Positions 27,389 through 41,100 of a DNA stretch of 64,000 nucleotides are shown here, one piece after another. The translations under genes were made by a program, and so were the position numbers. Numbering within the stretch: the first letter of the stretch is position 1; every line of letters begins with the position of its first letter. This DNA comes from Eledone cirrhosa (taxonomy: Eukaryota). The stretch lies in assembly GCA_964016885.1 (NCBI GenBank), contig OZ024741.1, positions 213,776,001 through 213,840,000 on the forward strand, given 5' to 3'. Below the pieces are notes generated by a model. The model was not told where the DNA came from. It did not search any database and saw only the letters and a program-made list of their open reading frames with translations.

Positions 27389-27849
27389 GCATACGTACAT
27401 ACATGTACACACACATACACAGACACACATGCATATATATATATCATTTAAAAAAATAGTCAGACAAGATAATAAAATATACAATCACCATCTCACATAC
27501 ACCCCAAACAGAAAATATCTTTTGTAAAGCAGTTTACAATGGTAATGCAGGCCACTTGAAAATCATATTGACTAATCAAAAGGCGTTGGCCGACATCATT
27601 CGTAATCATAGATATGATTCTGCTTCCGGTTCTATCTTATTTATGAGTAAAAAATCTCAATAAACTTTGACAGATGTTATTTTTTTTATGTATAGAAAAA
27701 AAAAAGACACATGATTTAAAATGTCTGTGGCATTCTTTAGCTTCTTTCGCTTCCCCATGCCCTCATTCCATTCCATTAAACAGTGATGGTATTCCAAGGA
27801 AAGCAGGCGACACACATGTGAGTGGGGGTATATATATATATATATATAT

Positions 27850-27912
<63 letters not shown>

Positions 27913-27939
27913 TATATATATATATGTATATATATATAT

Positions 27940-28070
<131 letters not shown>

Positions 28071-28567
28071 TATATATATATATGTATATATTGCTTTTAT
28101 GCATGTATACATATAAGTATGCTTTTATGCATACATACATATGTGTGTGTGTGTGTATGTGTGTGTGTGTTTGTGTGTATATATATGTGGGGGGGGGGGG
28201 GTATAAAAGGAATAAAACTGGAGAGATAAATAAATAATGGCGGTGCCGGCGTCTCATAAGTCAAACTCATAATACTGTCCCGGTTTTTTTTTACGTTTCT
28301 CATCTGTGTGTGTGTTGTTTTTTTTATTTTCGGATACAAAGGGAAATTTATAAATATTGGATTACATATTGTTATATAGATAAATAGGTTTATATCCATA
28401 TACATGCTCATACTCAAACATATGTGTCCATATTGGGTCGGTAGATGGGCTGAGAGGATATGAGATAGCATACATCTATCTATGATGTATATATATACAT
28501 GTGTGTGTTTGACCTTGATCGATCTGATGTTGAGCCTAGATTATATACATATATTTATATATATATA

Positions 28568-28624
28568 TTTCGTTTCTGAAATTATTGGCAACATGACCCT
28601 CCCAATATATATATACAATATATA

Positions 28625-28708
<84 letters not shown>

Positions 28709-28765
28709 TATATATTGTATATATATATTGGGAGGGTCATGTTGCCAATAATTTCAGAAACGAAA
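28568..28765. repeat. Inverted duplication of a PLE family B mini-remnant around (TA)n
   Basis: TTCGTTTCTGAAATTATTGGCAACATGACCCTCCCAA.. and its exact reverse complement. Confidence 0.8.
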
Positions 28766-28909
28766 TATATATATAGGTGGATTCATCGAGCGCTTGCCAC
28801 ACATATCGGACGTTGATTTTCGTTAATTCCTGAGCTGAAAACGATTCTCGCTAATTTATATTTGTATATATATATATATAATGCGTATAAATGTGTATCC
28901 TTTTATATG

Positions 28910-29635
28910 TGTAGTTAGAGCGCTGGGCTTGCAACCGTGGGGTTGTGAGTACGATTCTCCAACCGGGAGATGCGTTGTGTTTTTCAGCAGGACACTTTAT
29001 TTCACGTTGCTCCAGTTTACTCAACGATAAAAATGAGTTGCAACGTCACTTGTGTTAAGCTTTATCGGCCATTGACTTTCATTTGGACTACATTAGTGGC
29101 GTAGGGAGGGGAGAGTGATATGTCTTACACAACCGGTCACGAATGACCATGGAATTTCACCCGAATGGCGTTGTTTCCCTCCCTGGAGGATGCAAAGAAA
29201 GGAAAATTGTATTCGTTGAATAATTAATTATTCAACGAATACAATTTTTCTTTTCTTTGCATCCTCTTCTATATTTCTACCTTACTTTACGTCCTCTTCT
29301 TAGTGGCTTAGGGGTTGGAGCATTGGGCTTGCAATCGGAAGATTGTGAGTTCGATTCTCGGAACGGGTGATGCGTTGTGTCCTTGAGCAAGACACTTTAT
29401 TTCATGTGGCTCCAGTTTATTCAGTTGTAGAAATGAGTTGCAACGTCACTGGTGCCAAATTGTATCGGCCATTGACTTTCCCTTGGACATCATCGGTGGA
29501 GCGGAGATGTAAGGCTGGTATACATGGGTGACTGTTTGTGGAAGACCAGCAATTTTGCCCGGACTTGTGCGTCGGAGGTAAACTTTCTCGGTGTAATTCC
29601 CATGGTCATTAGTGACCGAAGGGTATCTTTACCCT
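28910..29635 (+). mobile_element. Two CORE-type SINEs (~28910-29170, ~29303-29635) separated by an ~80-bp palindrome
   Basis: tRNA head GTTGTGAGTTCGATTCTC, CORE GTGTCCTTGAGCAAGACACTTTATTTCA, shared AAATGAGTTGCAACGTCACT; tail GTGACCGAAGGGTATCTTTACC. Confidence 0.8.
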
Positions 29636-30146
29636 ATATTTATATTTATATATATATAAACGTTTGAATATGTATAATAAAGCCAAAACAATGCAGGTAT
29701 GGACATAGAAAAAAGAATGCAATTGCAAAAGATATTGTTGACAATTCGTCTTTTACCTTAGATTTATTTAAATGTCCTTAATTTTCAAGATATTATCTCT
29801 TCTTCAGAGGGAAATAAAGGTCTCAAACCAGCGTTCTAACTAGCTTGCCAAGCCATGCTGGCAGGAAATAGTATAGAGTATCTGTTCTATCTCTAATGTC
29901 AAAGAGTTAAAATTAGGTGGATAAAGAGTAGTCTCCCTTTAAAAGGGGTTTGTTTTGGGGTTTTTTTTCATATACATGCCTATACATGCCTGTTTAAGTG
30001 TGGGAGAATGCATGAAGGTGTAAGTATGTGAGTGTGTGTGTGTGAGTGTGAGAAGATAAGTCTATTCGTAAATGTGGGGGATAGGTGTTATCTGGTGTTA
30101 GAACTGGTTTTGTGTGTGTGTGTGAGAGAGAATAAGTGGAGGTGTA

Positions 30147-30184
<38 letters not shown>

Positions 30185-30395
30185 CGTGCGTGTGTGTGGG
30201 GGGGGGGGGGGTAAATATGGGGCTAGAAGCCCTATCAGGTTATAAATTGGGTGTTGAGTTCTAGTCTATTATTGATTGGTGGTTGTGTTTTATCTATAAT
30301 TAGTGCTTCCTTAATTCTAAGATTGCCGAGGTTTCTTTCCTTAGTTTCTATCCTAACTGTTATGGTTTTGTCGGTGTTTTTGCATTTAACTAGGT

Positions 30396-32486
30396 TCCAA
30401 CACCGAACCTAGCGGCGCCTCGACCAACAATACACCTGACGCAAAACACCTCGTCACAGACTTGACAGGATCCCTCTCCCGAGAGGAATTAGACCTCCTC
30501 AGCCTGGGTCCCAAGTTCATATTGAAACAGAGACTGGACGACAAATTATGGCTTGACATAGAAACGAATTTCTGTCGGGCTGCCTACCAACTAAAATGGA
30601 TATCGACTCTCGACAACAACACCACGGAATCTATCAAACCCAGATTCCCGATATACCAATTAGATCGCCCACTCTGTCCACCGCCTGCCAACCGCGAGCT
30701 TGAAGAAAAACTCTCGAGACTAAAACATTCCGTATTTAACATCTTACGGAAACAGAAGAAGATAGCCCCAAACCTCTCCAGGACACAACAACTCGCCCTG
30801 AAGAACCTACGGAATAGGGAACTTATATACTTACCATCCGACAAAGGTAAAGAGTTTTGCGTCATCTCTCAAGCCACATACAATAACCTAGCCTTTGAAC
30901 ACCTAAGCGACAATGAATTATACACAGAGATCCCCGACATGACTGCAGCCCAGATCGAAAAACAGACCAACTCCATCTGGTTCGATATCTGTTGGAGAAG
31001 ACAACTCCCAAATAAAGTTAAGCTCAACTACACCACTAGACATAGCAGACTGCCCACTTTCTACCACCTCATCAAGACCCACAAGAATAGTACTAAGACG
31101 CAAATAAGACCCATCGTCTCTAGCATAGAAGGACCCCTATACAAAATTTCCTGGCTCCTCTCCCAGGTCCTCAAGTCACTACTCTCCACCTTTCCCGGGC
31201 ATGTCAGTAGCTCCGACGAAGTTATACGTAGACTACACCAACTCAAGCCAGAACAACTTAAACTAAATAAATACGCTTTTAGCCTCGACGTTGTCTCCCT
31301 CTACACTACAGTCCCCGCTCATCCAGCTGTCGATTTATTGACGGACTGCGTGGTCGCAGAGGACATCCACTGCTACGGCCTCCACCCGACGGACATACAC
31401 CAGCTTTTGTCCTTCACAGTAGACAACACGTACTTCACCTTCCACCACCACACATACAGACAGACAACAGGATTACCCATGGGATCCAGCCTATCGGGCC
31501 TGCTGGCCATCACCTACATGTACCAGCTAGAATGCCGAGTTCTCAACACCTGCCATTCCCATGCCTTCTTCACCCGATATTTAGATGACATACTCATCCT
31601 TACATCATCCCGTGAGGAGGCAGATAAAATATACACAACATTCTCCAGCATGGACGCCAGTATAAAGTTCAGCATGGAACACCCCGATGACCGCGGATCC
31701 CTATCCCTACTGGACTTCCAGCTCAGGGTAACAGAGGAAGGCAACATCCACACCTGCTTCTATAAAAAAGCCGCCAGCAGGGACCTGTTCGTACATTTCA
31801 GATCGGCCCTCCCACTCGGTGCCAAGTTCGGATACATAAGGAACGAACTGGCACGTATCCGGAACAAATGCACCGACGCTAGAGACCGAGACACACACAC
31901 CACACATTTCCTGGAAGTACTCAAACTGAACGGATAAACGACATCCACCACAAATCGTGCCAGAAAGAACAGAGGACACCACACCCAAGACACTAACACT
32001 TGCTTCCTGAAGCTCCCACACTTCAGTGAAGAAACAACAACAGCCATCCGCAGAGCCATCAGACGAGAGGGACTAGATATCCAACTGGCCTACTCAGGTC
32101 CTTCTCTACGCGGACAGCTAACCAAAAGACACTCCACCAGACATGACAACTGCTGCAGACTAGCCAACTGCCTCATCAACGACACAGACCTATGCCACCA
32201 GGCTTACGTCGTATACAGACTAGAGAGTGACAAATGCAACAACTTCTACGTAGGTAGCACCACCAGACCAGTCCACATAAGAATAAAAGAACACCTCAAT
32301 ACTAACGCTTCCTCATTTAAGAAACACCTAGTTAAATGCAAAAACAACGACAAAACCATAACAGTTAGGATAGAAACTAAGGAAAGAAACCTCGGCAATC
32401 TTAGAATTAAGGAAGCACTAATTATAGATAAAACACAACCACCATTCAATAATAGACTAGAACTCAACACCCAATTTATAACCTGA
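30396..32486 (+). pseudogene. PLE RT plus GIY-YIG ORF, 5'-truncated, one premature TAA (31935-31937)
   Basis: PLE RT motifs LSLGPKF, SDKG, KTHK..IRPIVS, SLDVVSLYT, GLPMGSSLS, RYLDD; the same frame continues LKLPHF..C..C..C..VVYRL..FYVGSTTR..RIKEH..EALII to TGA at 32484-32486. Confidence 0.92.
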
Positions 32487-32792
32487 AAGGGCTTCTAGCC
32501 CCAAATTTACACCCCCCCCCACACACACACACGCTTACACCTCCACTTATTCTCTCTCACACATACACACACAAAACCAGTTCTAACACCAGATAACACC
32601 TATCCCCCACATTTACGAATAGACTTATCTTCTCACACTCACACACTCACACACACACTCACATACTTACACCTTCATGCATTCTCCCTAATTTTAACTC
32701 TTTGACATGAGAGATAGAACAGATACTCTATACTATTTCCTGCCAGCATGGCTTGGCAAGCTAGTTAGAACGCTGGTTTGAGACCTTTATTT

Positions 32793-32829
32793 CCCTCTGA
32801 AGAAGAGATATTATCTTGAAAATTAAGGA
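32793..32829 (+). ncRNA. Minimal HHR-like motif in family C pLTR (mirror copy ~29774-29812 minus)
   Basis: CCU-CUGAAGA-AG-AGAU(AUU)AUCU-U-GAAA-AU-UA-AGG; only 3-bp stem I. Confidence 0.5.
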
Positions 32830-33009
32830 CATTTAAATAAATCTAAGGTAAAAGACGAATTGTCAACAATATCTTTTGCAATTGCATTCTTTTTTCTATG
32901 TCCATACCTGCATTGTTTTGGCTTTATTATACATATTCAAACGTTTATACCTCATTACACAATGCTTCAAGTGAACTATAACCTCCATATATATATATAT
33001 ATATATATA

Positions 33010-33130
33010 TGAATAAAGTTAGTCCTTCATCAGTGATCTTCCAGATGGTTGGAAGATCACTGATGAAGGACTAACTTTATTCATATGTAACCCATTAGCA
33101 ACCACGCAGCACGTTTATTCTCATATTTAC
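33010..33130 (+). mobile_element. Fold-back remnant family D (second copy ~11015-11100)
   Basis: GAATAAAGTTAGTCCTTCATCAGTGATCTTCC and its reverse complement plus tail; in (TA)n. Confidence 0.6.
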
Positions 33131-33215
33131 ACACATATATATATATATAGTTAGCTAGCTAAATGGGAAAGAGAGTCAGATATAGAGCAGTCTGTCTCGC
33201 GTTCTATCTATATCT

Positions 33216-34174
33216 CGAGTGCCTACAGGCACTCACAGCCTTCTACCAAGCGGAAACGGCAATCAGCGAAGACTCCACTTCGACATTCTATAGGGGATTA
33301 GTGGAGGATAAGTGCGACGACGTTCTCGGGGAAACTCTAGACATCGAGGAGGACAAACTGATCAGTCTGTTCGGGAGGACTTTCCGTCCAGGGCCTATGG
33401 ATAACTTCCAGATGTCTGGGTGGTCCTAGGTGCTACCTAGGAGCTCTACCAGTTCGAGACAAAATCTACAGGCACGGACGCCCTGGCAGAGATCCTGCCA
33501 AAAGGACCTGTCCAAGATGCGAGCAGGACATCGAAACCGTTCTGCACGCAATTGTTCAGTGCCCAGGAGTGACCGACCTGTCGAATTATGTTGAACAGCT
33601 GCTGTCACGTGTGGGACGCATCCAGTTGTCAGCCGAGTCCATCGTAAGGATCACCCCGCCGCCTTCATTTAAGAACGAAGGAGAGGCGGTTTTCCTCTGT
33701 CTGGTGGCTATGGCGAAAGAGGTAATATGGTGGACGAGGTTAAAAGGACTGAGGGCAAGCACCTTTCTCTCCGGACAACAACTTATCCCCTTCTTTAAGT
33801 ACCACTTCAGAAGGAAGGTGAGAGTGGAGAGGGAGGTGCTACATCCCAGTAAACTCGCTGAAAGGTGGGTGAATGTGGCAAAAATGGTCCGAGTGAATGG
33901 GCCTTCTCTGTATATAAACCTGTAGGTTGAGGAAGATAAACAGAGGGAAGACGGGAACACCTACAAAACGTGTTCCTGGTGTTGAGGGTTGTTCTATCCA
34001 CGGGGTGTAAAACAACCCTACAGTAACGTTCCCCCCTACTGGGGATTTCAATTGTTATTTTATTATATATAGTTTATTGTTATTTATTAATGTTAAAGTT
34101 ATTTTTATGTAAAACCCCCGCCGTCACGTCTTGTAATGTCCCATTTGTGTACGCCCCTGTGGCAAATAAAGAAA
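33216..34174 (+). mobile_element. 5'-truncated, frameshifted Tx1-type LINE
   Basis: ORF2 C-terminal peptides FGRTFRPGPMDNFQ, AKEVIWWTRLKG, RVNGPSLYINL; 3' AATAAAGAAAG then ATATCTATATC; preceded by CTATCTATATC. Confidence 0.9.
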
Positions 34175-34372
34175 GATATCTATATCACACTCTACAATTC
34201 CTCTTCCACCCCTCTTTCTCTCTATCTCTCTCCCTCCCTACCACATATCTCCCCCTTTCATTGACATAACGCACCTCTCTATATCTTTCTCCTCTTCCTA
34301 CCACCATCTAACAACCACCGGAACTAAGTAGTTTGTAACTATTCATCTTTTATCTGTGTCCGTCCTCCTTTG

Positions 34373-34441
<69 letters not shown>

Positions 34442-34452
34442 GCACACACATA

Positions 34453-34516
<64 letters not shown>

Positions 34517-34811
34517 TTATATATATATATTATAAATATATAATATATATATATATGTATATATAGGTGTGTGTTTACGAGTGTGCACATATGTCTGTAC
34601 GCGTGCAAGGGTGTGTATCCATTTATTTATCGATATATCGATTGAGAGTTCGATTGATTAATACAACAAGCTATATGTATATAATAATCCAATCCATTAG
34701 TCAGTCAACTTGCCGTGCTTTATAAATCTAGCTACCTATATAAAAATATCGATTTCTCTACATCACATTTTAATATCACTGTATCTATCTAACATTTACT
34801 CTCTCCCTCTT

Positions 34812-34896
<85 letters not shown>

Positions 34897-34898
<2 letters not shown>

Positions 34899-35027
34899 CG
34901 AAGGAAGTGTGGTAAGTAACCAGGTGGACCATAACCCACCAAAGTACCCGATACTGGGTAGTAGAGAGTACGAAAGTAGAGTCGAAACGGCCAGAGATCA
35001 GACCTCGAGGTGCTGGCACTTTTCCTG
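34897..35027. mobile_element. Degenerate PLE family A remnant (inverted tail plus short body)
   Basis: AACGAAGGAAGTGTGGTAAG..GGGTAGTAGAG then GTCGAAACGGCC..CTTTTCCT. Confidence 0.65.
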
Positions 35028-35078
35028 CTGTGGTTATGGCGCATGTCTCTCAGACATGACAACCCTTAATTTTATTTT

Positions 35079-35166
<88 letters not shown>

Positions 35167-35194
35167 TATATAATATCAATATATATATTACATA

Positions 35195-35274
35195 CAGAGT
35201 GTCCTCCCAAAATGTATACACATATTTATTAGAATGCTATTGAAGTTTGGACACATTTTTTGGGGGACACCCTG
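35195..35274. mobile_element. 80-bp Tc1/mariner-type MITE
   Basis: TA-CAGAGTGTCCTCCCAAAATGT and ACATTTTTTGGGGGACACCCTG-TA; related end at 37676 (AGGGTGTCCCCCAAAAAATGTATACA). Confidence 0.65.
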
Positions 35275-35627
35275 TATATATATTTATATATATATGTGTG
35301 TGTGTGTATATATATATGTGTGTGTGTGTATAATCACTATTACTCTTAGACATACACATGAATTCATCCAAGTATGTATATATAAATATCTATACATGGA
35401 TACATATATGTATATACATGTGTATAATAGAGAGAGAGAGATATGTGGAGAAATATTCGATATGTTTACGTATAAAAAAACAAGTTTCGCTATAAATGTT
35501 TGAACCTGTGGACATTTCACAGTTATCTCCATTGAGAATGGCAGTCACGTTTTCTGGATGTCTGTCCGCCGAGGGTGACATTGACTCACTCGTTACTCAG
35601 ACAAAAATAGGCTAATACAAGTCTGTT

Positions 35628-35676
<49 letters not shown>

Positions 35677-35682
<6 letters not shown>

Positions 35683-36232
35683 ATACTTTGGGAGGGTCAT
35701 GTTGCCAATAAGAAACACACGCACCAGTTGCTTTCACTTCAATTTATTATAAATTTCCGGTTGGTTGGTTGGTTCCACAACCAGACGATTGTTCATATAT
35801 TGTCAAAGTTCTTTCGTCACACATTCTGTGAACTCTTCAGTTACTGGGGATTCTTTTCTTTGTTTTTGTGCCTCTCCTTTGTTCTGTCCTACGCCATTTT
35901 GTTTTTGATGGCGTAGGACAGAAGATGGCGTAGGACAGAACAAAGGAGAGGCACAAAAACAAAGAAAAGAATCCCCAGTCACTGAAGAGGTCACAGAATG
36001 TGTGACGAAAGAACTTTGACAATATATGAACAATCGTCTGGTTGTGGAACCAACCAACCAACCGGAAATTTATAAATTCCTAAATTCCTAAATTTAATTT
36101 ATAATAAATTGGAGTGAAGGCAACTGGTGCGTGTGTTTCTTGTTGGCAACATGACCCTCCCAAAGTATAACAATATCGGTTTCAACACACGTTTTCAGAT
36201 AAAGAATCTTGCTAAACAAATTCAGAAACGAA
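35677..36232 (+). mobile_element. PLE family B fold-back (two inverted pLTR arms plus tail)
   Basis: 35677-35905 is the reverse complement of ~35925-36175; tail ends AATTCAGAAACGAAA; HHR 35978-36020: GUCA-CUGAAGA-G-GUCACA/UGUGAC-GAAA-GAAC-UU-UGAC. Confidence 0.88.
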
Positions 36233-36254
36233 ATATATATATATATATATATAT

Positions 36255-36293
<39 letters not shown>

Positions 36294-36308
36294 GTCTATG
36301 TGTGTATG

Positions 36309-36350
<42 letters not shown>

Positions 36351-36358
<8 letters not shown>

Positions 36359-36903
36359 TAAACAAATAATGAATAAAACAATGAAACAGTTCCTTATATT
36401 AAACAAAAAAAGTTCATTATTTAACGATCGTTTCTAGGATATATATGTGTTAGAACTGGCATGCATATTCAACAGATCTATGTACAAAATTATACAAACT
36501 ATCAAGATTAAATATACATACCAAACACACATATATGCCGTCTTCAGAAATAATAAATTTATTTCTGAAGACGGCATATATGTGTGTTTGGTATGTATAT
36601 TTAATCTTGATAGTTTGTATAATTTTGTATAATTTTGTACATAGATCTGTTGAATATGCATGCCAATTCTAACACATATATATCCTAGAAACGATCGTTA
36701 AATAATGAACTTTTTTTGTTTAATATAAGGAACTGTTTCATTGTTTTATTCATTATTTGTTTAATATTTTATCTTGACTCTGTATTCCGTTTATCTTTCA
36801 CCGAAAGTGATTTTTCATTACATCTCTTCTTTCCATGATATCCGGAATACATTGAGTTCTTCATACGGATTGGACACTACCGTAAACTCTTGGTAGATTT
36901 ATC

Positions 36904-36905
<2 letters not shown>
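36351..36905 (+). mobile_element. PLE-type fold-back family E (~205-bp arms plus ~130-nt tail)
   Basis: Near-perfect inverted repeat centred at ~36555; in (TA)n. Confidence 0.8.
36559..36705 (+). ncRNA. Type I HHR with long stem II
   Basis: UUAUUU-CUGAAGA-[~115-nt stem II]-GAAA-CGAUCG-UU-AAAUAA. Confidence 0.65.
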
Positions 36906-36966
<61 letters not shown>

Positions 36967-36969
36967 ATG

Positions 36970-37000
<31 letters not shown>

Positions 37001-37049
37001 GTGTGTGTATATGTATATATATATGTATGTGTATATATATATATATATG

Positions 37050-37105
<56 letters not shown>

Positions 37106-37141
37106 CATATATATATGTATGTGTATATATATATATATATG

Positions 37142-37200
<59 letters not shown>

Positions 37201-37218
37201 GTGTGTATGTGCGTGTGT

Positions 37219-37416
37219 GAAAAGAGTCATGACCTCGACGGCTGAGCTTCGGTCGTTTTTATAGCTAGATGCGAACAGTTCGGATCTAGCTATCGAAACG
37301 GCCGGAGCTCAGCCGTCGAGGTGTCCTGACTCTTTTCCTATTACCCACTGTACTACCCTAAATATTGAGTACTCTGGTGCGTTATGGTCCACTAGGTATC
37401 TTACCACACCCTCTCT

Positions 37417-37420
<4 letters not shown>
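37219..37420 (+). mobile_element. PLE family A fold-back remnant
   Basis: GAAAAGAGTCA..CTCGACGGCTGAGCT..AGCTCAGCCGTCGAG..TGACTCTTTTC plus tail. Confidence 0.8.
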
Positions 37421-37452
<32 letters not shown>

Positions 37453-37579
37453 TTAATGCATCTTTTAAATATTTTTTTATAATTCTTCGGCTGTTTAATT
37501 ACATTGAGCTATATCTTATACTGTCATTTCTATAATATGAAGAGGGTGTTTAACTCCAACACACTCTAGTATTTTAATT

Positions 37580-37679
<100 letters not shown>

Positions 37680-38132
37680 GTCCCCCAAAAAATGTATACA
37701 CGACAAAACCTTTACACAATTTAAATAATGAATATAAAGCAGAAATTATTTTAATGCATCATTTAAAGATTGTTCGGTGCTTACATACAATTGAATTATG
37801 TCCGCAGATCATTTTATTTTGGAGAAACGACGTTCATTCTAATAAATATTGCCTGTACAGGTAATCAAATTGTGCATAACTTTGGACAACCTGTGTGAGT
37901 GTGTATAGATAGATAGATTTCTTTATTTACCATAAAGGCATAAAAAGAAGGGACAAATACAAAGGGGGAGTTTACATATAATCGAGTAAAAAGGGTGTAA
38001 CATGAAAATAATCGAAAATAACCTCAAAAGGGAGGGGACGTGATGGGGGTTGCACACACCCCCGAAAAAGTGTGCAATCCTTTGCCCGGGGAGCACATGG
38101 AGAAGGTGCTCCCCTCTCCTTTACTTCTTTAC

Positions 38133-41100
38133 CTACAGGATGGTATACAGAGAAGGCCCATTTACACGAGCCATTCTCGCCACTATCACCCACCTTTCAT
38201 AAAACTGCCTGTGGCCAAGCACCTCTCTCTCCATTCTTATCCTTCTTCCGAAGTGATATCGGAAGAAGTAGACCAGACTATGGCCAGAGAGGAAGTTGCC
38301 TGACCTCAGACCTTTCAATCGTGTCCACCAAACAACCTCTTTCAACATGGCTATTACGCACAGAAAAACCGCCTTTGCTTCCTTTGTGAAGAGGGGAGGC
38401 GGTTTGATTGTCATCACGGACTCGGCTGTCAATTTAATCGGCGCCACCCGCGACAGCAGTTGTTCGGCGTAGCCCCACAGATCAGCCACGCCCGGACATT
38501 GCACCAATGCGTGCGCCACGGTTTCTTCGTGACGCACGCATCTAGGGCAAATCTTTTTTGAGGGATCCCTGCCCGGGCGCCCGTGTCTGTAGAGCCTCTC
38601 TCGAACGGGTAGAGCCCCTCGGTAGCACTGCCAGGCCAGTGACTTCTGGAAGTTGTCCATTGGTCCTGGGCCGAAAGTCCTACCGAACAGGCTGGCCAGT
38701 TCGTCTTCTTCCATGTCCAGCGACTCTCCAAGGGTGTCATCGCCCCTGCTAGCCACCAGCCCTCTATAGAATGATGAGGTGGATTCTCCACCGATGGCCC
38801 GGCCCTCTTGCCAGAGAGCCCTGAGCGCCTGAGCACACTCAGTGTGCCAGTCTCCCAGTTTTCCGGATCTTTGCTTGACCCAGGACTGTAGCTCGGTGAG
38901 TGAGACGAGTCTCGGAAAGGCTCGTTTCACGAACGGAGCCCACACCGGTTGACCAGTGAGGAATACCTGTAGGTGCCGTAGCCTTAATGCGTGCCTACGC
39001 ATCATCAACCACGGCATCCCCAGCCCTCCTTTCGAAGGTTGTTGGCAGCAGATGGATCTTCTCACCATAGGAGGACGCTTCTTCCAAAGAAATTGGAAGA
39101 GCATGCGTTCCATGGTGGTGAGTGTTTCCTTAGGGCAAGGCACGACAGTCAGGCGGTAGTAAGTGACGGACGCTATGTAAATGTTCGCCACCTCCGCCCG
39201 GCCTTTTAGGGACAGCTTACACTTGGCCCATTTCTGGGTTAGTGCAAACACCTTGTTCGTAACCTCGTTCCAGTTCTTTTCCACCTGGAGGTCCGGTCCA
39301 AACCAGACCCCAAGCAACTTTACCGGGCCCTCCGTCCAGTGTCCGACGACACCATCGGGAGGCATCGGTCTGCCTCTCCACGTTCCGAGTTGCAGCCCGA
39401 TGGATTTTTCCCGGTTCAGTTTCGCTCCTGACAACCTTTCGTACTCCTCCAGTAAGGTACCGATCGCCTCGATCTCCGAGTCGGTTGATACCATTACTGT
39501 TACGTCATCGGCGTAGGCCGACACCGCTTTGCTCAATCCTGGTTCCAGGGGGATACCCTGCAACAACTCCAACTTCCTCAGTAAAGGCTCGAGAGTCAAT
39601 ACGTACAGAAGGGAGGAGAGAGGGCACCCCTGTCGAATGGATCGTGTGATTTCGAACGGCTTCGAAAGGTAGCCGTTCACCTTGATCCTAGAACAGATGT
39701 GGTTGCTATGTAGGGCAGTGATCCAGCCTCTGAAAACAGGACCGAACCCAGCCGCCGCTAGCACCGCATCCAGGTAACCATGGTCGACCCTATCGAAGGC
39801 CTTAGACTGATCCAAGTTGATCAGGGCCCCACCGAAGCCGGGTTTGTTGCCAACCCTCTCTATGATGTATCGCATGAGGTGGAGGTTATCATGAATGGAC
39901 CTGGATGGGATAGCACATGTCTGCGCATCTCCCACCAGGCCACCCACGACAAGCGCCAACCTCTTTGCTAACACCTTGGCCAAAATCTTTAACTCTGTGT
40001 TTAGCAGGGTTATGGGCCGAAAATTATTTATACTATCCCCCTTGTTCTCGTCCTTCCTCACCAGCGTGACTACGCCCTTGGCTACAGAACAAGGAATTCT
40101 CCCGTTCTGCTGCCAATTGCAGTAGACCGCTTCGAGGAGTTCGGAGAAGAAGACCGGCATTGCTAAATAAAGTTCGTAAGGTATACCATCGAGACCTGGA
40201 GATTTGCGTCTGCTGCATTGGCTCAGCGCATCTCCGATCTCATCAGCCGAGATTGGTCCCTCGCAGGACTCCGCCTCTTTGTTCGAGAGACGCGGCAGGC
40301 CGTCGAGGTATGGACCGAAATTCACGCCCCGGCCCGGACCCTCGCCTCCCCCGAACAATCGGGCAAAGTGCTTTTGAAAGGCCTCGCACATCTGCTTAGG
40401 CTCCCGGATCACTCGTCCATCTTCGTCTTGCAACGACCGGATGGTGGATCGATTTCCACTTTTAGCTTCTGTCACGCGGGCCCATCCAACGGCTTTGGCC
40501 CCCTCATTACCTAGAGCACGTATTTTACTTCGAATGACGCAGCCTTCATGCTTTGCATCGAAAAACTGGTTCAAGGCCGTCCTCGATGCCAGCACTCTGG
40601 CCACATCTTCGCTCTTGATTGCCTCTTCTAATTTACCTGTTAATTCTTTCTCGTTTCTATTCCTATTGGCAGCTAACATCTTGCTATAGCTTATTGATTC
40701 TGTTCTAATCTCTCTTTTGAGAGATGCCCACCATCGGTTGTTGACGATTGCACCCGTCAACCTCTCCTTAACTAATCTGCTAATCCGGTTTCTGTAAGTC
40801 TCTTTTGCCGGTAAAGACAAATTAAGTTTCCAGTAACCGGGACCCTGTCTATGTGTTTTCTCGAGATTGACCACGCAGGTCACTAATTTGTGATCCGTGT
40901 AGCCAACCGTGCGCATTTCTGGACAGCTTAATATGTCCCTATCCTTACTTCTAACTAAGAATCTATCTAAGTACGATCTAGATTGACCACTGTGGTTTCT
41001 CCAAGTCCAGGTAGGCACAGTTGTAAAATCTAGTCGATATCTATCGACCAAGTTAAAACGGTCGAGTAACCCCTTGAGGCTGTTACACCCCCCTCTATTA

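Larger units (their letters stand above)
29656..32988 (+). mobile_element. Penelope-like element family C: inverted 5' arm, 5'-truncated ORF, 3' pLTR and tail
   Basis: 29656-30395 is the reverse complement of ~32325-32948; ~40-nt tail only on the 3' copy; (TA)n flanks. Confidence 0.92.

Noticed and set aside
27512-27646. Possible ankyrin-like exon (CKAVYNGNAGHLKIIL)
   Set aside because: Weak splice signals, poor match to consensus, no partner exons
29918-30002. Segment present in only one PLE arm as a spliced pLTR intron
   Set aside because: Boundaries do not give GT..AG on either strand; a simple deletion is more likely
33055-33085. CTGATGA in family D (also ~11045) as a hammerhead
   Set aside because: No downstream GAAA, stem II or stem III
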